From a virus (lineage: Duplodnaviria; Caudoviricetes): a stretch of 37,104 bases of DNA. Positions 18,316 to 26,077 of this stretch are shown here, one piece after another. Where the stretch lies: IMG/VR virus record IMGVR_UViG_3300021982_000006, positions 1 to 37,104 of that record. The stretch is one strand, 5' to 3'. Numbering within the stretch: the first letter of the stretch is position 1; each line of letters begins with the position of its first letter. The notes below the pieces were generated by a model. That model worked only from the letters and a program-made list of their open reading frames with translations, did not search any database and was not told the DNA's origin. The position numbers and the translations under genes are program-made.

Positions 18316-21300
18316 ATGGTAAAAAAGAAAATATTAATCATTTCGGATTATGTTAAGAAACACTATATAGGAACTAAGCAAGGTCAATCTTATAATAAGT
18401 TTATGGAAACTAATGAGGGAAGATTCTTAAAATCTCTTATGTTAGAAGCCTTTGAAAAAGTAGGTTATGAAGAATCTTGCTCTTATAAAGCAATTTTTGC
18501 TATACCTGAAATACCTAACTTAATTAAAGAAAATAAGAAAAACCCTGAGCTTTCTTTATATACCACACCTTCTTTGCAAAAAGTTAAAGAATATAAGGAA
18601 AACTTACTAGAACGTATTTATGAATATAACCCTGATGTTGTAATTGTCACAGGTAGTATTTCCATTAAGTCGATATTTGGTAGTGGCTCTATTAAAGCTA
18701 TGCGTACACTTCCAGGAGAGATAGAAATTAAGGATAAAAAATTCCCCTATTTTGTTACTTATAGCCCTGGTTTTGTACGTTCTAATCCAAATTACCTTAG
18801 TCTTTCTAAGATTGATATGCAACATTTAGGTAAGTTTTTAAAAGATGGTTCAGATGGTTTAAAGAAAAGTAAGGTAGACTATACTATACTTAAAAACGAT
18901 AGTGCTGATAAAGTTGTGCGGTTATTAGGATACATTAAGGATAACTTTGGAAAAACACCTAGAGATGCAGTTGCGTGGGATTATGAAACAAATTCATTAT
19001 CAGGTACTAGTGATACTTCAAAGGTTATTACAGCATCTATTTCCACATCAGACCACAAAGGTATTACTTTCCCTATTGACCATCCAGAGTACCCTTGGAA
19101 TCAAGAGGATAGAAAAAAAGTCGTAAATGCTTGGTTAGACTTCCTCATTTCTCCTATATGGAAAGTAGGTCATAACGTTTCCTTTGATATGAGGCAAACA
19201 AAAACTATTATAAAACCTATTCAGTTTAAGAATACGTTAGATACCCTTGTTGCCTACTATATTGGCGTTTCGCAAGAAAATAAAGGTGGTAAAAGTCTTA
19301 AAGATTTGGCATTGTTATTTACTGATATGGGTAACTATGACAAACAACTAGACGAATTTAAATCGTGGTTTAACTCTGGCTTTGATAAGGGGAAATCTAA
19401 GGAATTAAAAGATAAGTATGAAGGAACCACTTATGTTCAACGTGTGAAAGCGTATTTACAAGAAGGCACGGAGATAGAAGATAAGTATTACTTGGAATAT
19501 TTAACGGATTCCCAAAAGATAGTAGCATTTAAAACTGCTAAAAGATTATTAGAACAACAAGATTTTCCTGATGTTGTTCATAATGAGCAAGAGCCATCTA
19601 CAGATTTTTCTTATGCTTGGATTCCTTATGAAGTACTAGCCTACTATGCCTGTGGAGATGTTGATGCTACTAAAAGAATTAACTATTACATGTGGGACAC
19701 CTATATTTCAAAAGTAGAGTCGTTTACTAATTTATATACTAAACATTATCCAGAATTAATAAATAGTTTGACTAACATTGAAGCTAATGGATTTGCTTTA
19801 GACGTAGATTATCTTAAAGAAGTTAAAGAAACCTTTATTGAAAAAATAGCTCATCTTGAAGAAGCAATGATGAAGACTGATGAAGTTAAGAAAACTGTAG
19901 CATATAAAGAAAAGTTATTTGCGTTAGGTCTTCAAGAAAAAACTAAACCTGTTAAAGAGCGTGATGCTGTTATATACAAATACTATACTGACTTACGTAA
20001 TGGTTTAGCAACTCAATTTTCTCCTACTAAGAAATTTGACTTAGGTTATGCTTTATTTGGTGTTAATGGTTATAAGTTACCTCCAGAAAAAAAGTATATT
20101 CCAAAAAGTGTTATGACTGCACTGAGGAACAAGCAGATAACAGAAGATGATTTAACATACATGGACTATTCTACGGGTAAAGACTCGTTAGATATGTTGG
20201 CTAAGCTTCATCCTGATTTTGAGCTTGTAAAGTTAGTTAAAGAATACGTACGTTTAAATAAGTTACTTACTACTTATACAGATTCTTTGATTGAGAAAGC
20301 AGATAGCGATGATGTTGTACATGGTCGTTTTGTTTCCACAGGAACTGGAACAACAAGACTTAGTTCTAATAATCCTAATATGCAAAATATTAGTAAGCCT
20401 TCTAACAATCCATCAGATATAGACTATGAATATCCTATTAAGAGAGCATTTATACCTCATTATAAGAAGGGTCAAGATACAATTGTGAACTTAGATTTTT
20501 CTTCACAGGAGGCTCATCTAGCTGCAGTTATTGCCCACGATGATGATATGATAGGTTCTTTCCTAGATGGCGCTGATGTCCACAAGGCGACTGCTGCTCT
20601 AATGTATAATAAAGAGATAGATGAGGTAACCAAGGATGAGCGTTTTGCTGCTAAGAGCACTACCTTTGGATTATTTTATGGTATGAGCCCTATGGCTTAT
20701 AAAGAAGGTAAAATGGTTACTGACTCTAAAACAGGCGAAAAGCGAGAAATGACCGTACAAGAAGCTGAGAAAATTTTCGAAAAGTACTTTGAGGGTAAGC
20801 CTAAAATAAAGGAAGCTATTGATGAAGCACAGCAATTTGTTACAAAGAACGGTTATATAGAAATACCTATTTCTGGATTTAGAAGAAAGTTAATGGATAT
20901 ATATTCAAATTCTTATTCTAAAAAGCAAGGAGCGCTAAGGCAAAGTTTTAACACATTAATACAAGGAGGCTCTGCTGTTATCTCTCAATTATCCATTATG
21001 GGAATTGATAAAGTATTGCGTTCTAGTAATTTAAATGCTTCCCTTGTCGGTACCGTTCATGATAGTATTACAATATCAGCAGCTAAAGATGACGTTGATG
21101 AAGTTATAAAGTTAGCTAAGCATGTTATGGAGCATTTGCCTTTAGACTTGCTAAATATTGACTATAAAGGTAAACAGATTTATTTTCCTATGGAAGCTGA
21201 GGCAGATATAGGAAGTAGTTATGCCTATGAGTTCTCTTATGATAAGGAAGATTTTGATTCATTTATGTCTACTAAAGGTTTTACTGAATATTATAAGAAA

Positions 21301-21411
21301 ATGAAAAAAATAGAAGACATGGAAGAGGCTGGGGATATTGACAAAGATACCATGAAAAATTTGATGGATAGATTCTCCCTACAGAAAAATAAATATCAGA
21401 TGCTTAGTTGA
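18316..21411 (+). CDS. polA: DNA polymerase family A with N-terminal UDG-like domain and 3'-5' exonuclease
   Basis: Exo I WDYET, Exo II GHNVSFD, Exo III YACGD; TTRLSSNNPNMQN; motif A DFSSQE; motif B RFAAKSTTFGLFYG; motif C TVHDS. Uninterrupted 1031 aa. Confidence 0.96.
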   Translation: MVKKKILIISDYVKKHYIGTKQGQSYNKFMETNEGRFLKSLMLEAFEKVGYEESCSYKAIFAIPEIPNLIKENKKNPELSLYTTPSLQKVKEYKENLLERIYEYNPDVVIVTGSISIKSIFGSGSIKAMRTLPGEIEIKDKKFPYFVTYSPGFVRSNPNYLSLSKIDMQHLGKFLKDGSDGLKKSKVDYTILKNDSADKVVRLLGYIKDNFGKTPRDAVAWDYETNSLSGTSDTSKVITASISTSDHKGITFPIDHPEYPWNQEDRKKVVNAWLDFLISPIWKVGHNVSFDMRQTKTIIKPIQFKNTLDTLVAYYIGVSQENKGGKSLKDLALLFTDMGNYDKQLDEFKSWFNSGFDKGKSKELKDKYEGTTYVQRVKAYLQEGTEIEDKYYLEYLTDSQKIVAFKTAKRLLEQQDFPDVVHNEQEPSTDFSYAWIPYEVLAYYACGDVDATKRINYYMWDTYISKVESFTNLYTKHYPELINSLTNIEANGFALDVDYLKEVKETFIEKIAHLEEAMMKTDEVKKTVAYKEKLFALGLQEKTKPVKERDAVIYKYYTDLRNGLATQFSPTKKFDLGYALFGVNGYKLPPEKKYIPKSVMTALRNKQITEDDLTYMDYSTGKDSLDMLAKLHPDFELVKLVKEYVRLNKLLTTYTDSLIEKADSDDVVHGRFVSTGTGTTRLSSNNPNMQNISKPSNNPSDIDYEYPIKRAFIPHYKKGQDTIVNLDFSSQEAHLAAVIAHDDDMIGSFLDGADVHKATAALMYNKEIDEVTKDERFAAKSTTFGLFYGMSPMAYKEGKMVTDSKTGEKREMTVQEAEKIFEKYFEGKPKIKEAIDEAQQFVTKNGYIEIPISGFRRKLMDIYSNSYSKKQGALRQSFNTLIQGGSAVISQLSIMGIDKVLRSSNLNASLVGTVHDSITISAAKDDVDEVIKLAKHVMEHLPLDLLNIDYKGKQIYFPMEAEADIGSSYAYEFSYDKEDFDSFMSTKGFTEYYKKMKKIEDMEEAGDIDKDTMKNLMDRFSLQKNKYQMLS

Positions 21412-21436
21412 CATTTAATAGGTAGTGTGGTATAAT
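21408..21436 (+). promoter_or_regulatory. Perfect-consensus sigmaA promoter
   Basis: TTGACA-17 bp-TATAAT with TGTG; the -35 contains the polymerase TGA stop. Confidence 0.88.
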
Positions 21437-21462
21437 TAATTAATAAAAGTTGGAGGTAGTTA

Positions 21463-21918
21463 ATGGAACATCAATTAGATTCCGATACAGTTGCAACCTT
21501 AAGGTTTGTATCGGAACAAGGGGAGCCTTTCACTATCGACCTTGTAAAAGAGTTGTCACTATCAGATGCAACCTTTGAGGAAGACGTTGAGAAGCAACCT
21601 GGTAAGTACGCATGGTGGGCTAGTGTCCTTGAGCGTACACGTCAAAAAGCAAGAGCTAAAGAAGATGAGTTAGAATATACCCATGCAACTCTATCCAATG
21701 AGGCAAGAAAAGTGTTAGATAAGCCCACAGTGGCATCAATCGAAAGCTACGTAAAAGTTAATGATAATTACGTAGAAACACTACATGAACTAAGGTTTTG
21801 GCAAGGGAGAGTAGACATGCTTGTCTACATTGTCAAGTCTTTTGAACAACGAGAGCGCATGCTTATGCAAAAAGGCGCTCAATTAAGAAAGTCGCTAGAT
21901 AACGAAAGAACTCGTTAA
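21463..21918 (+). CDS. UvsY-like recombination mediator (putative)
   Basis: All-helical 151 aa (QPGKYAWWASV...KPTVASIESYV...IVKSFEQRERML); lies before SSB and RecA. Confidence 0.6.
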   Translation: MEHQLDSDTVATLRFVSEQGEPFTIDLVKELSLSDATFEEDVEKQPGKYAWWASVLERTRQKARAKEDELEYTHATLSNEARKVLDKPTVASIESYVKVNDNYVETLHELRFWQGRVDMLVYIVKSFEQRERMLMQKGAQLRKSLDNERTR

Positions 21919-21919
21919 T

Positions 21920-21948
21920 TTGACTTTTAAAACAAATTGTGATATAAT
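21920..21948 (+). promoter_or_regulatory. sigmaA-type promoter
   Basis: TTGACT-17 bp-TATAAT with TGTG. Confidence 0.82.
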
Positions 21949-21976
21949 TATTGTATATTAAGAATAGAGGAAAAAT

Positions 21977-22999
21977 ATGGCTAAAAACTTTTTAGATGCA
22001 TTGCGACAAGAAAAAGATAACATTGAAGATAACGAAAAGGAATCAATTCCTACACCAAAGAATGATATTCTTCGGGTAAATGACAAAAACAAGGAATTGT
22101 TATTGAGGTTACTTCCTAGTGTTTCATTGCTGAAAGAAGCATCAGATGCCTCTCTTGGTGTGAAGCAACATTCAATTATGTTAAACTTGACATTTACAAG
22201 AGATGGTAAGGAAAGTAAAACATTCACTTCGTTGAATCTGCCTACATCTTATGATAAGTCAAATGAAACACAGCAGTCAGTAGACCGTTGGATTCAAGAA
22301 GGTAAATTAAGAACTAAATTTGGGGAATCAAAACCTAGAAATGTTTTCTGGGTAAACGTATTGCAAGTAGTAAATAAGAATGGGCAAATGTCCTATGTAA
22401 AGGATGATGATGGAAATCCTAAGGTATTTGCTTTTCAAGCGACAAGTACAGTTTACCGTATGTTGCTTGATAAGTTAACAGACCCATTGTTAGACTTAGG
22501 AGATACCTTGGAAGATTCTCTTATTGGTTGGAACAAATCATATCCAGTAAAGGTATCTTACGTAGACCAAACGACTAGAACTGTTGATATTTATACTAAT
22601 GACCGTGTGGCATTAGCACCTATTGCACAGGAAGTAATTATTCCACAGCTAGATAGCTTCTCTGAATTAACTAAGCCATCTGATGAAACACAGCCAGAAT
22701 GGTTTAGTACAGTAAAGAGAAATCTAGATTCAAATACAGAACAAGAAGGAAGTTCGTTAGGTTCATCTATTGACGGGGCTAATTTAGAAGACCCATTTGC
22801 AAAACAAATTAGTGATGACGATATTCCAGACCCCTTAGGGTTAGGCGGTAGCCGTCTGAACGAAGAACATGTTACAGCAAGCTATTCTGACGATATTCCT
22901 GCAGCTAAAGAAACTCCTGCGCAACAACCAGAAGAAGAAGCTACAGAAATTTCGGCAGACAAGCAAAAAGAACTGGATGATTTATTAGCAGGACTTTAA
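21977..22999 (+). CDS. Single-stranded DNA-binding protein (gp32-like)
   Basis: LRLLPS motif; very acidic disordered tail ending ELDDLLAGL like T4 gp32; upstream of RecA. Confidence 0.78.
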   Translation: MAKNFLDALRQEKDNIEDNEKESIPTPKNDILRVNDKNKELLLRLLPSVSLLKEASDASLGVKQHSIMLNLTFTRDGKESKTFTSLNLPTSYDKSNETQQSVDRWIQEGKLRTKFGESKPRNVFWVNVLQVVNKNGQMSYVKDDDGNPKVFAFQATSTVYRMLLDKLTDPLLDLGDTLEDSLIGWNKSYPVKVSYVDQTTRTVDIYTNDRVALAPIAQEVIIPQLDSFSELTKPSDETQPEWFSTVKRNLDSNTEQEGSSLGSSIDGANLEDPFAKQISDDDIPDPLGLGGSRLNEEHVTASYSDDIPAAKETPAQQPEEEATEISADKQKELDDLLAGL

Positions 23000-23010
23000 A
23001 ATATTTTATT

Positions 23011-23038
23011 GGTTAGGGTAGGAAACTACCCTAATTTT
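23011..23038 (+). terminator. Strong hairpin / terminator between SSB and RecA
   Basis: GGTTAGGGTAG-GAAA-CTACCCTAATT with a GNRA loop and a short T-tract. Confidence 0.7.
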
Positions 23039-23052
23039 ATCAAGGAGGATTA

Positions 23053-24258
23053 ATGGTAACAAGAGCTACTAAAGCAAAGAAAATCGAAGATGGTGTATTT
23101 GACCTATCTGACTTAGGGCTAGGGAAAGAGTTTGTACTAGCACAAGATTATACCCACGCAGACGTTAAAGACTGGATTCCCACAGGTATTCCATCTATGG
23201 ATAGCGCTCTTACTGGCGGTTTGCCTATGGGTAGAGTTATCGAGTTATATTCACCCAACAACGTAGGTAAGACTACTCTTGCCATTCAAATTAACCGTAT
23301 GGCTAATAAGATGGGAGTTCCTGTATTTTGGTTTGATGTTGAAGGAACTAACAATCGAAGTCACTTGGAAGAGATGGGTGTTGATATGCAACATACTGTT
23401 TATTATCAACCAGATGACAGAGATATAGAAGCAACTTCCATTGAAAATATTGCAGAACAAATGAAGTATGTTATGGAAAAATTACAAGCTTCTAACAAGA
23501 GCGCAGTATTCATTTGGGATTCTGTTGGAGCTTCCATGACTAAGAAAACGATTAGCGGGGATTTTGATGACCAACAACCTGGTCGAGAAGCTAAGGCGTT
23601 TACGAAAGCATTAGCAAAGTTAACTCCATTAGCTACTGCAACTAATTCAATGGTTATCTTGATTAACCAAGTTCGTGATAAGATTGGGGGTATGGGATTT
23701 GGAGACCAGACCGATACACCAGGTGGAAAAGCATTAAAACACTATGCAACATTCCGTATTTCACTTAAAAACTTAGGACAAAATAAATTAGCAGGTAAGC
23801 CTATGGGACATAAGGTTAAGTTAATCTTAGCGAAGTCTAAATTAGGAGAGCCTCACGTAACTTCCGAAAGCCTTTTATATGGTCAGTATGGTTTTAATGA
23901 GCTAGTCAATATTCTTAGAGAAGGGGTAGATGCTAAGTTAATCAAGTCTGCCTCTGGTGGAAATAAAGGTAAGTATTATAGATTTGTAAACCCAGATGGA
24001 GAACCTATTGATATTTATGAAAAACAAATTCCGGAAATGTTAGAGTCTGGGGAGTTAGAAAGAGACTTCATGCCTTATTTCCAAGACCTTTTTGCAGGGC
24101 TTATTGAAAAAGAGTTCCCTAATGGTTACCCAGCTACCCAAAACCAACATTTCCATATAGCAGACATTCCTTTTATGGAAAACGTGGGTGCTACAATGGC
24201 TAAGCCAAAACTAGAAGTAAAGGAAGAGTCAGATGGCGAAGAAGAAGACAGCGAATAA
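23053..24258 (+). CDS. recA: RecA/UvsX recombinase
   Basis: IPTGIPSMDSALTGGLPMGRVIELY, Walker A SPNNVGKT, FDVE, WDSVG, INQVRDKIG, TPGGKALKHYA. Confidence 0.95.
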   Translation: MVTRATKAKKIEDGVFDLSDLGLGKEFVLAQDYTHADVKDWIPTGIPSMDSALTGGLPMGRVIELYSPNNVGKTTLAIQINRMANKMGVPVFWFDVEGTNNRSHLEEMGVDMQHTVYYQPDDRDIEATSIENIAEQMKYVMEKLQASNKSAVFIWDSVGASMTKKTISGDFDDQQPGREAKAFTKALAKLTPLATATNSMVILINQVRDKIGGMGFGDQTDTPGGKALKHYATFRISLKNLGQNKLAGKPMGHKVKLILAKSKLGEPHVTSESLLYGQYGFNELVNILREGVDAKLIKSASGGNKGKYYRFVNPDGEPIDIYEKQIPEMLESGELERDFMPYFQDLFAGLIEKEFPNGYPATQNQHFHIADIPFMENVGATMAKPKLEVKEESDGEEEDSE

Positions 24259-24598
24259 TGATAGTGATGTAGTTTACTTTGAACCTGTTTACTACTATGA
24301 GAATGAACCAATGTTTTCAATAAAAGATGTTAAAAATTTATTCTTGAAATTACTTGACAAAAGAAATTCCTTAAATATAGAGTTTAAGAATAATCCGATG
24401 GTAGAGTTTATGGAGTTAGACTCTGTATATGAAAGGTTTGCTGTTCTGCATACTACATCTGAATCAGGAGAAAAAACTAGGTATACTATTCCGTTTTATG
24501 ATGTGCTTTCTTATGAAGTTATGATAGAAGGTGTAGATGGGAGGTTAAAGTTATGGGGGACAACTTTTCGAGTTCCAGAAAGAGGAATGAAGATTTAG
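24233..24598 (+). CDS. Conserved hypothetical protein
   Basis: 121 aa between RecA and the sigma factor, as in phage K. Confidence 0.65.
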   Translation: MAKKKTANNDSDVVYFEPVYYYENEPMFSIKDVKNLFLKLLDKRNSLNIEFKNNPMVEFMELDSVYERFAVLHTTSESGEKTRYTIPFYDVLSYEVMIEGVDGRLKLWGTTFRVPERGMKI

Positions 24599-25245
24599 AG
24601 CGGCAACTTAGTTATAATACAAGGCGTATGAATAGTTCTGGTTCTCGATATACACCCTCTGGCTCTAGCACAGAATACTCTAGAGATGTTGATAGGTTGT
24701 ATGTGCTCTACAAACCACTTAGACTAGCGGTATACAAAGATGTTGCATCTTGGCTTGGTAATGAGGTAGACAAAGAAGACCTGACTAGTTTTATAAATGA
24801 ACATTTTGTACGTCTCGTTAAAGAGTATGACCCTACAAGTAATGTAGATTTTCCAGGTTATATTAAAAAGATGCTTACGCTTAGAGCTAAACATTCCTTT
24901 ACAAGTACGCTTAGACGTTTAAATGATAAAGAAGATAGTGTCGGTGGTCAAGATGCGCTACTTTCTTATATAGGTGTAGACAGTAGTGACCGCTCTAGTA
25001 GTTCTGATGAAGAGATTGTTAATGACTACTTTATCAGGTTCTATAATTATGTAGTCGAGTCTGCAGGTCTAGAAGAACTAGATAAAAAAGTATTAAAATT
25101 AATTTTAACAGAGCATACTAATAAGTATATAGCGCAGTATTTACAGGACGAGTGGGGAATGGGAGCAAGAGAATCATCCCGTTATGTAAATAGATTCAGA
25201 AATTCCTTAAAAGACCTAGCGGAGAGTTTCAATTCTGGAGAGTAG
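24553..25245 (+). CDS. Phage RNA polymerase sigma factor (late, SPO1-like)
   Basis: RDVDRL...FVRLVKEYD...VDFPGYIK-MLTLR matches the recalled Twort-like sigma factor; C-terminal HTH; GGAGG RBS 7 nt before the ATG. Confidence 0.85.
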   Translation: MGDNFSSSRKRNEDLERQLSYNTRRMNSSGSRYTPSGSSTEYSRDVDRLYVLYKPLRLAVYKDVASWLGNEVDKEDLTSFINEHFVRLVKEYDPTSNVDFPGYIKKMLTLRAKHSFTSTLRRLNDKEDSVGGQDALLSYIGVDSSDRSSSSDEEIVNDYFIRFYNYVVESAGLEELDKKVLKLILTEHTNKYIAQYLQDEWGMGARESSRYVNRFRNSLKDLAESFNSGE

Positions 25246-25255
25246 TTATATTATA
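25244..25255 (+). promoter_or_regulatory. Putative phage late promoter
   Basis: AGTTATATTATA, identical to 1080-1091; lies upstream of virion protein genes. Confidence 0.6.
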
Positions 25256-25300
25256 ACTAAATGATTTTAAAGTAAAAGTATAGAAAGGCTAATTTTAAAA

Positions 25301-25996
25301 ATGGCAGAATTACAAAAAATTAATGATTACTTAGCTGGAGATGTTAATCTAAATGATATAGATTACATCGTAGTTAAGGCTGGAGATGCTAACTTCTTCC
25401 AAGTTACTGGTGGAGCGCATTTCTTCGGTGTAGACGGGGATAATAACTCAATCTACAACTTATGGTTAGATTCAGACGGTAAGCTTGTTAGCGAAGATGC
25501 TAATGGTCATAAGGATGTTGTAGCTTATATTGACAACAATAAGTTACAAGTTGTATATGGTCGTCATACTGACCCTTACAACGGTTTATCACAACCTGTT
25601 ACAGTTACGTTAGATGGAACAGAAGACAAGGGCAAGTCTTTGCTAAATGCATTTAAGGGGTATGCAGATACTTGGTTTAATAACTTGTTTGTTCCACGAG
25701 TTAAAGAAATTTCAGTAGAAGTTGCTGTAGTTGCTCCAGATGTTAAAGTAACATCACTAACAGGGTTGCCAGCATCTTTGACATTAAAGGTTGGAGATAA
25801 TGGTTCATTGTCTGCAACTGTAGTACCAGATAATGCTACTAATAAAGACGTAGAGTACACTGTTAGTGGTACAGGTATCACTTTGACAGGCAATAACTAT
25901 GAGGCTACTGGTGAGGGTACGCCTACAATCGTTGCAACAGCTAAGGGCGGAGATAATGTAACAGTTTCTATTCCAGTAACTATTACAGCAGCTTAA
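25301..25996 (+). CDS. Virion decoration protein with C-terminal Ig-like (Big_2) domain
   Basis: N-part AYID...DPYN...DKGK-LL-AF as in the structural protein after sigma in Twort-like phages; C-part VTSLT...LTLKVGD...LSATVVPDNATNKDVEY...G...IVATA...VTITAA. Confidence 0.82.
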   Translation: MAELQKINDYLAGDVNLNDIDYIVVKAGDANFFQVTGGAHFFGVDGDNNSIYNLWLDSDGKLVSEDANGHKDVVAYIDNNKLQVVYGRHTDPYNGLSQPVTVTLDGTEDKGKSLLNAFKGYADTWFNNLFVPRVKEISVEVAVVAPDVKVTSLTGLPASLTLKVGDNGSLSATVVPDNATNKDVEYTVSGTGITLTGNNYEATGEGTPTIVATAKGGDNVTVSIPVTITAA

Positions 25997-26005
25997 TTTT
26001 AAACT

Positions 26006-26035
26006 TAAAGGAACCTTTTCGAAGGCTCCTTTATT
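26006..26035 (+). terminator. Hairpin / leaky terminator
   Basis: TAAAGGA-A-CCTT-TTCG-AAGG-C-TCCTTTA with a UUCG loop, one mismatch and an interrupted T-tract. Confidence 0.6.
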
Positions 26036-26077
26036 GTTGTTTAATTTTGATAAACCTTTAACAATTTGGAGAATTTT

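Noticed and set aside
20641-20682. Unusual residue at the PolA position equivalent to E. coli 762
   Set aside because: Motif B RFAAKSTTFGLFYG carries the ordinary Phe.
18316-24258. Group I introns or inteins in polA and recA, common in Twort-like phages
   Set aside because: Both ORFs are uninterrupted and of normal length; no homing endonuclease or intein termini.
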